64,000 bases of DNA, taken from Patescibacteria group bacterium (GTDB taxonomy: Bacteria; Patescibacteriota; Minisyncoccia; JAHIHE01; JAGLIN01). The notes beneath the pieces are model-generated. The model searched no databases and was not told where the DNA came from. It worked only from the letters and a program-made list of their open reading frames with translations. Of the stretch, positions 1 through 9,726 are shown one piece after another. Both the position numbers and the translations under genes were made by a program. Where the stretch lies: contig JARGGI010000003.1 of the NCBI GenBank assembly GCA_029210775.1, positions 4,512 through 68,511 on the forward strand. The letters run 5' to 3'. Each line of letters starts with the position of its first letter. Position 1 is the first letter of the stretch.

Positions 1-185
1 CCTCCATCAATTAAAATCTGAATATTATTACCAGTATCAATCATCGCTGAATCACCTTGTCCAACATCAAAATATACTATTTGTGATTTTTGGTTTTTGA
101 CAAAGTAATTCTGCCAAAAAAACACAATCAAAACAGAAAGAAAAATCAATATAATAAATATTATATTTTTTTTATAGATTGACAT
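1..185 (-). CDS. ComEC-associated metallo-beta-lactamase-fold protein, N-terminal part (continues past the window start)
   Basis: Minus-strand ATG at 185 translates to MSIYKKNIIFIILIFLSVLIVFFWQNYFVKNQKSQIVYFDVGQGDSAMIDTGNNIQILIDGG. This is a TM helix followed by the VYFxDVGQGDSxLI...IDGG motif of the ComEC/Rec2 C-terminal MBL domain. It lies directly downstream, on the same strand, of the ComEC competence-domain gene. Confidence 0.7.
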   Translation of the reverse strand, partial: MSIYKKNIIFIILIFLSVLIVFFWQNYFVKNQKSQIVYFDVGQGDSAMIDTGNNIQILIDG

Positions 186-276
186 TATTAAGTTTATGTA
201 ATAAAATTAAAATAACAATGTATTAACATAACGCAAAGGAGGAATTTAAATTACCAAAAAAATCATATTTTTCTCG

Positions 277-585
277 GTGCCAAATCCAAAATTTGAGTTT
301 GAAGTATTCATTGGCATATATTTTAAAAATGATGAGGAAATTCACATATTTAAAAACAAAAAGGGAAGCTTGCTTATGTTTAATATTAATTATAGATCAT
401 TAACTATCATTAAAAAAAATGATCCAGATATAAAAATTATTTTAAAAGAAATGTATAATCAAGAAGAAGAAAATAGATGTAAACATACTATTTTCAATCC
501 TGAAGAAGAAGATGACATACCATATGATAAAAATGAGGTTGATAAACAGAGACCTTTTGACAATAATAGTGGGATGTTTGTATAA
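277..585 (+). CDS. hypothetical ORF in the ComEC intergenic gap (GTG start, poor SD spacing); may be spurious
   Basis: ORF track only; no recognisable motif; the AGGAGG at 237-242 is about 35 nt upstream of the start. Confidence 0.2.
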   Translation: MPNPKFEFEVFIGIYFKNDEEIHIFKNKKGSLLMFNINYRSLTIIKKNDPDIKIILKEMYNQEEENRCKHTIFNPEEEDDIPYDKNEVDKQRPFDNNSGMFV

Positions 586-594
586 TTGAACACC

Positions 595-2088
595 TTATCT
601 CAACTTTTCAAAATATGTTGGGATTTTTTTATTATAAAATAGTAATATAAAAACCAAAACCCCATAATAAATTATCATAGTCCAAATACTCACTCTTTCA
701 AAGCTTAGATAACCAAAATCAAAACTAGCGAAAAATTTTACAACCTCAATTTGAAAGGTTAAAACGAGCCAGATGGGGAAAGATAGAATCTGCGCAATAA
801 ATAAATTCGCCGAGCCAATTACCATAACCAAAAAACCTCCAAGCATAACGGTCGGCACAAACGGTAAGACCACAATATTAGCGAAGACTGAAAGTATAGA
901 AAAACTACCAAAACTATTTAATATAATCGGCAAGGTCGCAATCTGTGCTGAAATGGTTATCAAAAAAATTGCTTTGATATTTAAGAAATTTGAATATTTT
1001 TCAAAAATAATATCTAATTTTGGAAATATATAAACAATACCAAGTACTGCCAAAAATGAAAGTTGAAAACCAGTATCAAATCTCAAGAGATTTGGATCAT
1101 ACAAAAGCATCAAAACACCAGCAAAAATTATAGCATTCCCAGCATTAGAAAGTCGCCCCACCTTAACAGCCAATAAAACCAATCCCCCCATCACAGATGC
1201 TCGCACTGCAGATGCTGGAAACCCAACAAGCGCAACAAAAAAAACAATTCCCAAAATTGCAAAATAAAAGGCATGGCTTCTCCTTAATCCAATTGCAAGT
1301 AATAGATACATAAAAATAACCGCTACAATCGTCATATGAAGGCCTGAAATGGCTATAATGTGCCTTGTGCCAGTTCTATTAAAGCTTTCTAATGTTTCAG
1401 AGCTTATATCTGATTTTAGCCCTAATGTCATCGCACTTACAATTCCAGCTTGTGGTTGGGGAAATATTTTTTTAATAATATTATTTGAAAATTTTCGAAA
1501 TTTAGAAATTTGAAAATATAAATCCTTTTCGTTCGTATTGATAACTTTTATCTTCGGATAGTATATAACAAAATATATCCCCCTTGAAAAAAGATAGTTT
1601 TTATATTCAAATCCATCAAAATCCTCAGGAATTTGTAATTTTCCATTAATCTCTATTTCATCTAACAAATTATACTCGGGATATTTATCAACATAAAGAA
1701 TAACTTTTCCATTAATATCTTTTTTACTACCAATAATTTCTATGTTTTTAAGTATTAATTTTTGTTTTCCATTTTTAATTTCTGGCATTTCAGAGATCAC
1801 TCCTCGTACTAACATTTCTTGATTATTCAAATTTTCAATCTCCAAATTTTCAATCTCATTTAATTTTTCGCTTTCAATTCTTAATAAACCAAATATAAAA
1901 AGAATTATTATTAAAAATAGTATTATTACTTTTTCCTTTTTCCAAAACAAAAAAATAAGTGAGATACAAAAACCCACAATCAATAATAAAATCCAAATTG
2001 AAGTAGAATAATAAGAACCAAAAAAGATTCCACAAATAAACGCAACACAAAACAATAAAAAATATTTTGACTTAGACATCAATTTCAA
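595..2088 (-). CDS. comEC: ComEC/Rec2 competence protein (DUF4131 plus competence domain, no MBL domain in this ORF)
   Basis: Polytopic membrane protein; contains the HIIAISGLHMTIVA competence-domain motif; the MBL portion is encoded by the next gene downstream (1..185). Confidence 0.8.
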   Translation of the reverse strand: MKLMSKSKYFLLFCVAFICGIFFGSYYSTSIWILLLIVGFCISLIFLFWKKEKVIILFLIIILFIFGLLRIESEKLNEIENLEIENLNNQEMLVRGVISEMPEIKNGKQKLILKNIEIIGSKKDINGKVILYVDKYPEYNLLDEIEINGKLQIPEDFDGFEYKNYLFSRGIYFVIYYPKIKVINTNEKDLYFQISKFRKFSNNIIKKIFPQPQAGIVSAMTLGLKSDISSETLESFNRTGTRHIIAISGLHMTIVAVIFMYLLLAIGLRRSHAFYFAILGIVFFVALVGFPASAVRASVMGGLVLLAVKVGRLSNAGNAIIFAGVLMLLYDPNLLRFDTGFQLSFLAVLGIVYIFPKLDIIFEKYSNFLNIKAIFLITISAQIATLPIILNSFGSFSILSVFANIVVLPFVPTVMLGGFLVMVIGSANLFIAQILSFPIWLVLTFQIEVVKFFASFDFGYLSFERVSIWTMIIYYGVLVFILLFYNKKIPTYFEKLR

Positions 2089-2347
2089 TTACTTTTTGTT
2101 TGCTTTTTCCCCCTTTAATTATATTTATTTTACTCTTACTAATTCCTAATTCTTTTGATAATAACTTAATTAATTCTTTATTCGCCTTACCATCAACCGG
2201 AACAGCAATCAAATATATTTTTAATTCCGGTAAATCTTCAAAATTATTACTTATCTTTTTAAAACCGAGATCCAATTGCGTCAATTTATCAACTCCTAAA
2301 ATCTCATTTCTTGAGGATCTTGTAATTACTTTGCATTTAAATTTCAT
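2072..2347 (-). CDS. DUF167/YggU-family small protein
   Basis: 91 aa; the GKANKELIKLLSKELGISKSKINIIKGGKSKQK pattern is typical of UPF0235/YggU. Confidence 0.6.
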   Translation of the reverse strand: MKFKCKVITRSSRNEILGVDKLTQLDLGFKKISNNFEDLPELKIYLIAVPVDGKANKELIKLLSKELGISKSKINIIKGGKSKQKVIEIDV

Positions 2348-2356
2348 ATATTTTTA

Positions 2357-3085
2357 TTATTCCGATATAACAACATTTTTACAATGTTGTCTTATTTTTT
2401 CTGCCATTATTTCAAGTGTTTCAGTTGAATATGAATTTAGTTTTTCTAATCCAACAGCAAGTGTTTTTTCTGGTCTAAAATTTTGGACGGAATAACGATA
2501 TAATTTTGAGAATATTTTTTTATCAATACTATTTATCCAATTAATTATGCCATCTATGTCTTCTTCATTTACATATCCTGGAACAATTGTCGTCCGAAGT
2601 TCAAGTTCGCTTTTGCTATTAGATATTGATTTTATGCTATTTTCAATATTTCCAATAAGATTATCTTTGTCTTTTTTTGTCATAATCTTATATTTTTTAG
2701 GAACAGTTTTTATGTCAATCGCCCAATAATCAACTAATCCACTATCAATTAAACTTGAAACTGCGTAAAAATATGATCCATTTGTATCAATTTTAACCAA
2801 AAATCCCATTTTTTTTATTTTTTCAATAAATTCCCTTAACCCAAGTTGCAAAGTCGGCTCTCCTCCAGTTATGCAAACTCCATCCAAATCCCCTTTTCTT
2901 GACTTTAAAAATTTCAAAATTTCTTCTTCCTTTATTTCAGAATCATAGTCAATTAATTTTGGATCAACAATGTCAGAATTATGACAAAATGGACAACGAA
3001 AGTTACAACCCATTGTAAAAACGGTTGTAGCTATCTTTCCAGGATAATCAAGCATTGTAAATTTTTGAAACCCTCCAATAAACAT
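2357..3085 (-). CDS. nrdG: anaerobic ribonucleoside-triphosphate reductase activating protein (radical SAM)
   Basis: GCNFRCPFCHN is a CxxxCxxC cluster near the N-terminus; size and position downstream of nrdD are consistent. Confidence 0.8.
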   Translation of the reverse strand: MFIGGFQKFTMLDYPGKIATTVFTMGCNFRCPFCHNSDIVDPKLIDYDSEIKEEEILKFLKSRKGDLDGVCITGGEPTLQLGLREFIEKIKKMGFLVKIDTNGSYFYAVSSLIDSGLVDYWAIDIKTVPKKYKIMTKKDKDNLIGNIENSIKSISNSKSELELRTTIVPGYVNEEDIDGIINWINSIDKKIFSKLYRYSVQNFRPEKTLAVGLEKLNSYSTETLEIMAEKIRQHCKNVVISE

Positions 3086-3280
3086 ATTTTAATTTAACAC
3101 AACTTAATAATTAACTTCTCTATTTAAATTACAAGATTCTATTATTTCTCTCAAGAAAGATGTTTTGTAATTCAAAGTATAATTATATTAAAAATAAAAA
3201 ATTACAAGCTGGAAGACTATTTGCAATTTAATTTATTGTAATTTGATTTTTATAAAAGCATAATATTTTCATAAATAAAA

Positions 3281-5023
3281 TTATACTTCAACGGTCGCAG
3301 TGATTATGTCGGGATATTTATTAACATCTTTCTTTGCCAGTCTATAAGAAGTTCCCTCTCCTGGAGTTGCTTCAAGATTATAGAGTCCACCAGTTTCTTC
3401 TTGATATTTTACAATTCTGTCTCGCATAAATTCCAAAACCTCTTGAGCAAACTTGTTACCCTTTTTTGTAGTAAGATTAACTTTTTTGCCTTGAAAATTT
3501 AGTAAAGATTCGTTCATTCCAATTATTCCAATTGTTGAAAAATGATTACTCCAATATTCTCCTCGTTGAAGTTTAATATTAGCAAGAAAATGTTTTGAAT
3601 ATGGATATAACCCTTTTTCCGTAAAATTCTCCAATGTCTTTCTTTTTATTTCTAAACTTTCTTTTGCAAGATCCATAACCTTGCTTAGTCTGTTAAAAAA
3701 TTCTTTTTTATTTTTTGCCAAATAACCAATTCTTGGTAAATTAATTGTCACAACTCCAATTGAACCCGTGAGTGGATAAGCTCCAAATAAACCTCCTCCA
3801 CGCTTATAGAGTTCTCTATTATCAAGACGCAAACGACAACACATTGATCTTGCATCTTCTGGTTTCATATCGCTGTTTACATAATTAGCAAAATAAGGAA
3901 TTCCATATTTTGCTGTCATTTCCCATATTGGCTCAAGATTTGGGTCATCCCAATTAAAATCCTTGGTTATATTGTATGTTGGAATTGGAAAGGTAAAAAC
4001 CCTACCAGAAGCATCGCCCTCTAACATAACTTCTGCAAAAGCCTTATTTAAAAGACTAATTTCATTTGAAAAATCTTTATATTGTTCTTTTTGAAGAACA
4101 CCTCCAATAACAACAGCTTCATCTGCAAGAGTTGATGGAACAGTTAAGTCCATCGTAATATTTGTAAAGGGAGTTTGAAAACCAACTCTTGTAGGAACAT
4201 TCATATTAAATACAAATTCCTGAATTGCTTGTTTAATGTCCCTATATGTAAGTTGATCATACTTAATAAATGGAGCAAGTAATGTATCAAAATTTGAAAA
4301 AGCCTGTGCCCCAGCAGCTTCTCCTTGTAATGTATAAAAGAAATTAACAACCTGTCCCAATGCCGATTTAAAATGTTTTGGTGGCTTACTCTCACTTTTT
4401 CCGCTAACGCCACCGAAACCATTTGATATTAAATCTTTTAAATCCCACCCACAACAATAAACAGCCAAAAGTCCTAAATCATGAATGTGAAAATCTCCCT
4501 TATTATAACTATCTCTTATTTCAGGAGGATAAATTTTTTCAATCCAATATTTAGAAGTAACAACATTAGCAATATAATTATTAAGTCCTTGTAATGAATA
4601 GGACATATTGCTATTTTCTTTAACCTGCCAATCAATTTCCTTTAAATAATCATCAACTAAATCGACAGATCTTTTCAAAACATCTTGACTTTCTCGAAGA
4701 AGCCTATGTTGTTCGCGATATATTATATAAGCCTTTGCAGTTTCAATATAATTCTCTCTGATCAAAAAACTTTCAACTATATCCTGCACCTCTTCTACTG
4801 TTGGAATTTCAAGCTTTAATCTACCTCCACCATTTCTAACTATAAATCTTTTATTTATCTCACATTCAACTTTTTTTGCAAGATCAAGTGAATTTCTTTT
4901 TGAACCTTCACCTGTAGCACTAAAAGCTTTGTAAATTGCGCTAACAAGTTTATTTTTTTCAAATTTTACAACCCTGCCATCACGCTTTCTTATTTCCTTT
5001 AATTTTATTTTTTTTAAATCCAT
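3281..5023 (-). CDS. nrdD: anaerobic ribonucleoside-triphosphate reductase, class III, with N-terminal ATP-cone; C-terminally short
   Basis: ATP-cone at the N-terminus (KRDGRVVKFEKNKLVSAIYKA); core motifs FHIHDL, SMCCRLRLD and GVVTINLPRIGYLAK match NrdD. The ORF ends at ...EATPGEGTSYRLAKKD..VEV, where the canonical protein continues into the Zn-ribbon and RVCGY glycyl-radical segment. Confidence 0.8.
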   Translation of the reverse strand: MDLKKIKLKEIRKRDGRVVKFEKNKLVSAIYKAFSATGEGSKRNSLDLAKKVECEINKRFIVRNGGGRLKLEIPTVEEVQDIVESFLIRENYIETAKAYIIYREQHRLLRESQDVLKRSVDLVDDYLKEIDWQVKENSNMSYSLQGLNNYIANVVTSKYWIEKIYPPEIRDSYNKGDFHIHDLGLLAVYCCGWDLKDLISNGFGGVSGKSESKPPKHFKSALGQVVNFFYTLQGEAAGAQAFSNFDTLLAPFIKYDQLTYRDIKQAIQEFVFNMNVPTRVGFQTPFTNITMDLTVPSTLADEAVVIGGVLQKEQYKDFSNEISLLNKAFAEVMLEGDASGRVFTFPIPTYNITKDFNWDDPNLEPIWEMTAKYGIPYFANYVNSDMKPEDARSMCCRLRLDNRELYKRGGGLFGAYPLTGSIGVVTINLPRIGYLAKNKKEFFNRLSKVMDLAKESLEIKRKTLENFTEKGLYPYSKHFLANIKLQRGEYWSNHFSTIGIIGMNESLLNFQGKKVNLTTKKGNKFAQEVLEFMRDRIVKYQEETGGLYNLEATPGEGTSYRLAKKDVNKYPDIITATVEV

Positions 5024-5210
5024 TGCCTTTTTTGTTAGTTTATTTATCTTAAAAAAACAAATTTTATTATTCTATTAACCCAAAACATCTTCATCAAAAA
5101 ACCGCCTTTATCAACTTTTTACAACAATAATAATCTTTTTCCGAAAAGGACAGGTTTTAATTTTATTTTTGTTTTATAAATATCACTTTCGAAATTTTAT
5201 ACTTTTTTTT

Positions 5211-6512
5211 TTAGTTTTTTTTCATTTTTTTTCTTATAAATGCTGGCACATCATATTCATCATCAGAACTTACGGAATTAATTTGAGACGAAAATACATT
5301 TTTCTTAATCTTCTGCTCATCCACATTTCTTTTCAAGTTTTTATTTATAGTTTCAGAAATAGAACTGTTTAAATCTTTTTTTCCGTCCATAAAACCCATT
5401 TCTTCTTCATCTTTTTTAAGCATTTCATCTGATTCTTCTTTGTACACTTCTTTGATTTCTTCTTTGGCTTCTCTTGGTTCTTCTTTAATTTTAATTTCAT
5501 TATTAAAACTTATAATTCTTTCTATATCTTTATTAATATTCTTTCTTCCATTATGCATTCCTTCAAATCCACTTGCAATAACAGTCACTTTTATCTCTCC
5601 TTTATTTAAGCTTTCATCATGTATAGCACCAAAAATAACCTTTGCTTCATCGTCAATGAATTCTGTTATAATTTTTGCAGCATCATTAACTTCCATCATT
5701 GTAAGATCAGCTCCACCACTTATATTAAATAGCACACTTTTTGCACCATCAATTGATAATTCCAAAAGAGGACTATTTATCGCTTTTTTGGCAGCAACAA
5801 CAGCCCGATCTTCTCCTGACGCCTTTCCAATTCCCATGAGAGATGGTCCTGTATTTTGCATAACAGATCTAACATCAGCAAAATCCACATTTATAATTCC
5901 AGGAGTGATTATAAGATCAGAAATCCCTTGAACCCCTTGTCTTAGAATGTCATCAGCAATTTTAAATGATTCTAAAAGCAAAGTTTTTTTATCTATCACT
6001 TGAAGAATTCTATCATTAGGAATTGTTATTATTGTATCCACATGATTTATTAAGTTTTCCAATCCCTCTTCTGCAATTCGCTTTCTTTTGATTCCTTCAA
6101 ATGAAAATGGTTTAGTAACGATTGCAACTGTCAAGGCATTTGCTTCTCTTGCAGCTTCAGCAATAATCGGTGCGGCTCCAGTTCCTGTCCCACCTCCAAG
6201 ACCACAAGTTATAAAAACCATATCAGTATTTTTTAAAACATCTTGAATTTCATCTCTATTCTCCTCAGCTGCTTGCCGTCCTATATCAGGGTTCATTCCT
6301 GCACCAAGACCTCTTGTTAAATTTTTCCCAATATGTATTTTTTCTGCAGCTCTACAATGATGTAAATCCTGAGAATCTGTGTTTATGGCCACAAAATCAA
6401 CTCCATTTAAACCTGCATCAATCATCCTGGTTATTATATGATTTCCACTGCCACCAACCCCAACAACCTTGATTCTGGCAAATGTTTCAAACTCAGGTTT
6501 AATTTCTTTCAT
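5211..6512 (-). CDS. ftsZ: cell division GTPase FtsZ
   Basis: Tubulin signature GGGTGTGAAPIIAEAARE; N-terminal KVVGVGGSGNH; acidic C-terminal tail. Confidence 0.95.
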   Translation of the reverse strand: MKEIKPEFETFARIKVVGVGGSGNHIITRMIDAGLNGVDFVAINTDSQDLHHCRAAEKIHIGKNLTRGLGAGMNPDIGRQAAEENRDEIQDVLKNTDMVFITCGLGGGTGTGAAPIIAEAAREANALTVAIVTKPFSFEGIKRKRIAEEGLENLINHVDTIITIPNDRILQVIDKKTLLLESFKIADDILRQGVQGISDLIITPGIINVDFADVRSVMQNTGPSLMGIGKASGEDRAVVAAKKAINSPLLELSIDGAKSVLFNISGGADLTMMEVNDAAKIITEFIDDEAKVIFGAIHDESLNKGEIKVTVIASGFEGMHNGRKNINKDIERIISFNNEIKIKEEPREAKEEIKEVYKEESDEMLKKDEEEMGFMDGKKDLNSSISETINKNLKRNVDEQKIKKNVFSSQINSVSSDDEYDVPAFIRKKMKKN

Positions 6513-6622
6513 ATATTTAAAAAATTATTTATTACAAATCGCTATAATTCAATATTACCTTTTTTAAAAAATTTGTGCAAGCCACAATTTAAAAAAATAT
6601 CGTTTTACTCTTGATTAAAAAT

Positions 6623-7876
6623 TTACGGTAAAAAAGTTTTGAAGATTTTCCTTATTTTTTGACCAACTCCGCTTAATTGTGGCAATCTAAATCCACCACG
6701 ATTAGATGGAAAAACTCCATTTTCATCAGCTTCCCACATAATAAGACCAACCGCCGTTGCAAAAGAAGGATTATCAACTCTATCAATGATTCCACTCAAC
6801 TCTACTGGGAAACCAATTTGAGCTGGTAATCTTAAAAATTCTTTAGCAATAGAAACCATTCCTGGCATTTTTGCACCACCGCCAGTTATAACAACACCAG
6901 CAGGAAGCATTCCACTCCTATCAATTTTTTTTAATTCATCATCAACTAATGTAAATATTTCCTCTATCCTAGCTTCTATAATTTCAGCTAAATATTTTCT
7001 TGTAAAAACACCTTCTTCTGTGCTATCAATTTCTGAAATATTTATTTTATCTTTTTTGTTTGCTTCTTTTGATGAAGTAGTTCCATACTCAAGTTTTATT
7101 TTCTCAGCAACATCAATTGAAACACGAAGACCTATGGCAATATCATTTGTAATATGTCCAGAACCAACTGGGATAACTACTGAATGCAATATATTTCCAT
7201 CTTCAAAAACTGAGACTCCAGTTGTTCCCTTCCCAATATCTATCACAACAACCCCGAGTTCTCTTTGACGTTTTGATAAAACTGCTTTGGAAGCAGATAG
7301 TGGTGCAAAAACCAAATCATCAATATCTACACCACAACGCTGTACACACTTATACAAATTTTTAATAAATGGTGACATACCCTCAATAACCAAAGCATTA
7401 ACTTCCAGTCTAACCCCATTCATCCCAACTGGATCTTTTATCATTTCTTGTCCATCAATTGTATAATTGCAAGGTATTACGGCAATTATCTCTTTATTAT
7501 TTGATACTGAAATGGCTTGTGATGCATTTATAACTCTATTCATATCTTCTTCGCTAATTTCTCCATCAGCCCTTGAAACTGCAACGACACCCTTAGAGAA
7601 TTGAGAATATATATGATTTCCATTTATACTTATATAAGCATGTTCAACTGGAACACCAGCGGTTCCTTCAGCAAGTTCTTTTGATTTATTTATAGCGTTT
7701 ATTGTTTCTTCAATATCAACAATAACGCCATTATTAATTCCTGATGAAGGCGCTATTCCAACTCCTAAAATTAATGGTTTTGAATCTTCTCCTTGCTTCT
7801 GAGAAATTATTGTTCTTACCAAACTAGATCCAATATCAATTCCTGCTAAAATGTCTCCTCTTGACATAAAATTCAT
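6623..7876 (-). CDS. ftsA: cell division protein FtsA (actin-like ATPase)
   Basis: GIDIGSS phosphate-1 motif, VVITGGGA and the overall actin fold; directly upstream of ftsZ. Confidence 0.9.
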   Translation of the reverse strand: MNFMSRGDILAGIDIGSSLVRTIISQKQGEDSKPLILGVGIAPSSGINNGVIVDIEETINAINKSKELAEGTAGVPVEHAYISINGNHIYSQFSKGVVAVSRADGEISEEDMNRVINASQAISVSNNKEIIAVIPCNYTIDGQEMIKDPVGMNGVRLEVNALVIEGMSPFIKNLYKCVQRCGVDIDDLVFAPLSASKAVLSKRQRELGVVVIDIGKGTTGVSVFEDGNILHSVVIPVGSGHITNDIAIGLRVSIDVAEKIKLEYGTTSSKEANKKDKINISEIDSTEEGVFTRKYLAEIIEARIEEIFTLVDDELKKIDRSGMLPAGVVITGGGAKMPGMVSIAKEFLRLPAQIGFPVELSGIIDRVDNPSFATAVGLIMWEADENGVFPSNRGGFRLPQLSGVGQKIRKIFKTFLP

Positions 7877-8022
7877 TTAAACATTTAAACACATAAACAT
7901 TTGAATAAAATTCAAATTTATAACAAATCAAAAAACCTGAATATAAAAATAGTTATTTATAGTTTATATGGTATATATATTATAATACATTTTTGAAAAA
8001 TAAAAAAGCTTTTTTAAAAATT

Positions 8023-8391
8023 TTATATAATATTTATAAAATGTGGCCAAAATATTAATAAACCAACTAAAAAAGCTCCTAAAGACGCTATTAATACGGC
8101 AGAAGCCATCATATCTTTAACCGTTTTAGCATATGGATGAACTCTTGGTTTCAAGATATCCATAATTCTCTCAAAAATTGAATTAATAATTTCTAACACT
8201 AAAACAAGAGTAATCATCATTAACAAGGCAATAGCCTCCCATGCCTTGAGATTAAATATAAATATAAATATTAAAACAATAATTGAGAACAAAATCTGCA
8301 ATCTGAAATTTTGTTCTTTAAAGACACACTTAAATCCCCTGACAGCGTGCGAAACGCTTCTTGTAAATTTTTTTATATTAAAAAATATCAT
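8023..8391 (-). CDS. diacylglycerol kinase / undecaprenol kinase (DgkA family)
   Basis: 122 aa, three TM helices; the RSVSHAVRGFKCVFKEQNFRLQ and EIINSIFE...KDMMASAVLIAS patterns match prokaryotic DAGK. Confidence 0.7.
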   Translation of the reverse strand: MIFFNIKKFTRSVSHAVRGFKCVFKEQNFRLQILFSIIVLIFIFIFNLKAWEAIALLMMITLVLVLEIINSIFERIMDILKPRVHPYAKTVKDMMASAVLIASLGAFLVGLLIFWPHFINII

Positions 8392-8403
8392 ATATATTCT
8401 GAT

Positions 8404-8853
8404 TTATAAACTCGAAAAAACTTTCTTCTCAATAGCTTTCATATCAGAATTTTCATAATTTTCTTTATGATCATATCCCAATAGATGCAATATTCCGTGA
8501 ATTAATAAAATTGCCATTTCATGTTTTTCTGAATGTTTTTTTTGTCTGGCTTGTCTTTTCGCTTGCATATAACAAATAAAAATTTCTCCTAAATATAATA
8601 TGCCATCAGGAGGACTAATAAATTTTTGAGATTTATTCACAATTTCTTCGTTTCCGAATGAAAGTACATCTGTAATTTTATCAATTCCTCTATATTTTTG
8701 ATTCAAAAATTTAATTCTTTTTTCTCCAATTATTACCAAGCTTATTTCTACTGGTTTTTTAACTTTGATAGCTCTCAAAGTTTCATCAACAATTTTATTC
8801 AAATATTTTTTCTCAATTTTTTTTTGCGTAAAATTCTTTACAAGAAGTGTCAT
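8404..8853 (-). CDS. ybeY: rRNA maturation endoribonuclease YbeY
   Basis: HGILHLLGYDH metal-binding motif. Confidence 0.9.
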   Translation of the reverse strand: MTLLVKNFTQKKIEKKYLNKIVDETLRAIKVKKPVEISLVIIGEKRIKFLNQKYRGIDKITDVLSFGNEEIVNKSQKFISPPDGILYLGEIFICYMQAKRQARQKKHSEKHEMAILLIHGILHLLGYDHKENYENSDMKAIEKKVFSSL

Positions 8854-8904
8854 AAAATAGCTAATAAAATATGTTAAACAAAAAAATGATTAATATGCTA
8901 TATA

Positions 8905-9351
8905 TTAATCATTTAATTCTTTCTTCACAACCATACTAACAACATTTCCATCTGCCAATCCTTCACTCCTACTCATAACAAGACTCATCACCTTCCCGAA
9001 TTCAGATGAATTTGATGCCCCTAATTCTTTAATAACATCAGTAACCATTCTTTTAATCTCCTCTTCGCTCATTTGCTCTGGCATATATTTCTCAAGTATA
9101 GCCAATTCTTCTTTTTCCTTATCTGCCAAATCAAATCTATTTCCTTTCTCATATTGCAGAATGGAATCTTTCCGTCTTTTCAAGCTTCTTTTTATAATTT
9201 CAATAATCTCTTTATCACCAGCTTCTCCGCCCTTTTCTATCTCGGCATTCTTAATATCAGAATTCAAAAACCTCAAAACGCCACGAGTAACATTGTCACC
9301 ACCCTTTATGGAAATCTTAAGGTCATTGTTAATAGTTTCTTTAAAAGTCAT
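8905..9351 (-). CDS. GatB/YqeY domain protein
   Basis: 148 aa with the characteristic KRRKDSILQYEKGNRFDLADKEKEELAILEKYMP segment. Confidence 0.8.
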   Translation of the reverse strand: MTFKETINNDLKISIKGGDNVTRGVLRFLNSDIKNAEIEKGGEAGDKEIIEIIKRSLKRRKDSILQYEKGNRFDLADKEKEELAILEKYMPEQMSEEEIKRMVTDVIKELGASNSSEFGKVMSLVMSRSEGLADGNVVSMVVKKELND

Positions 9352-9377
9352 TTATTATTAGTTCACTTGATAAAACT

Positions 9378-9608
9378 TTAAAATCGAAAATCATCTTCAA
9401 GCTTGCCAAGTTTTCTAAGTTTTTCTTTTTCGCCAACAATTTCATTTCTTCTTAATGCTCCTTTTCTTCGTTCAGTTCTACTTGGTGTTTTTTCCTTAAA
9501 TCTTGAACTTCTCGCCTGCAAAAGAAGTCCACTTTGTTGAACTTTTTTCGAAAAACGCCTTAATAGACTTCCAATACTTTCATTGTCTTTTCTTTTTACT
9601 TCTATCAT
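9378..9608 (-). CDS. rpsU: 30S ribosomal protein S21
   Basis: MIEVKRKDNESIGSLLRRFSKKVQQSGLL..RKGALRR matches bS21. The start was moved to the ATG preceded by AAGAGGTGAT; the track's first M is a GTG inside the SD. Confidence 0.85.
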   Translation of the reverse strand: MIEVKRKDNESIGSLLRRFSKKVQQSGLLLQARSSRFKEKTPSRTERRKGALRRNEIVGEKEKLRKLGKLEDDFRF

Positions 9609-9664
9609 TTTTATCACCTCTTGCTTTCTATTTGAATTTATTAAATAAAAAAATATCTAAAGCT

Positions 9665-9692
9665 ATTATAACATAAAATTTAAATTTGACAA
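9665..9692 (-). promoter_or_regulatory. sigma70-like promoter for rpsU (TTGTCA-N16-TATAAT on the minus strand)
   Basis: Read directly from the sequence; spacing and position upstream of the rpsU SD are appropriate. Confidence 0.35.
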
Positions 9693-9726
9693 GAACAATT
9701 TAAATAGTTTTAGATAAACCGTTTTT

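Noticed and set aside
773-1033. Many track ORFs of 60-160 aa lying antisense inside longer genes (e.g. 773..1033, 2100..2495, 4201..4422, 5440..5931, 7020..7268, 9073..9381, 11341..11920, 16111..16455, 17534..17815, 31452..32231, 36191..36532, 51666..52076, 57908..58516)
   Set aside because: In an AT-rich genome the antisense strand of real genes is stop-poor; these have low-complexity composition, no SD, and are wholly contained in well-supported genes.
5024-5210. NrdR box upstream of nrdD
   Set aside because: No 16-bp palindrome of the acaCwAtATaTwGtgt type found; only a weak CTTTT/AAAAG hairpin.
8002-8016. AAAAAAGCTTTTTT palindrome between dgkA and the ftsA promoter as a terminator
   Set aside because: AT-only arms with a 2-bp GC centre and no loop; too weak to call.
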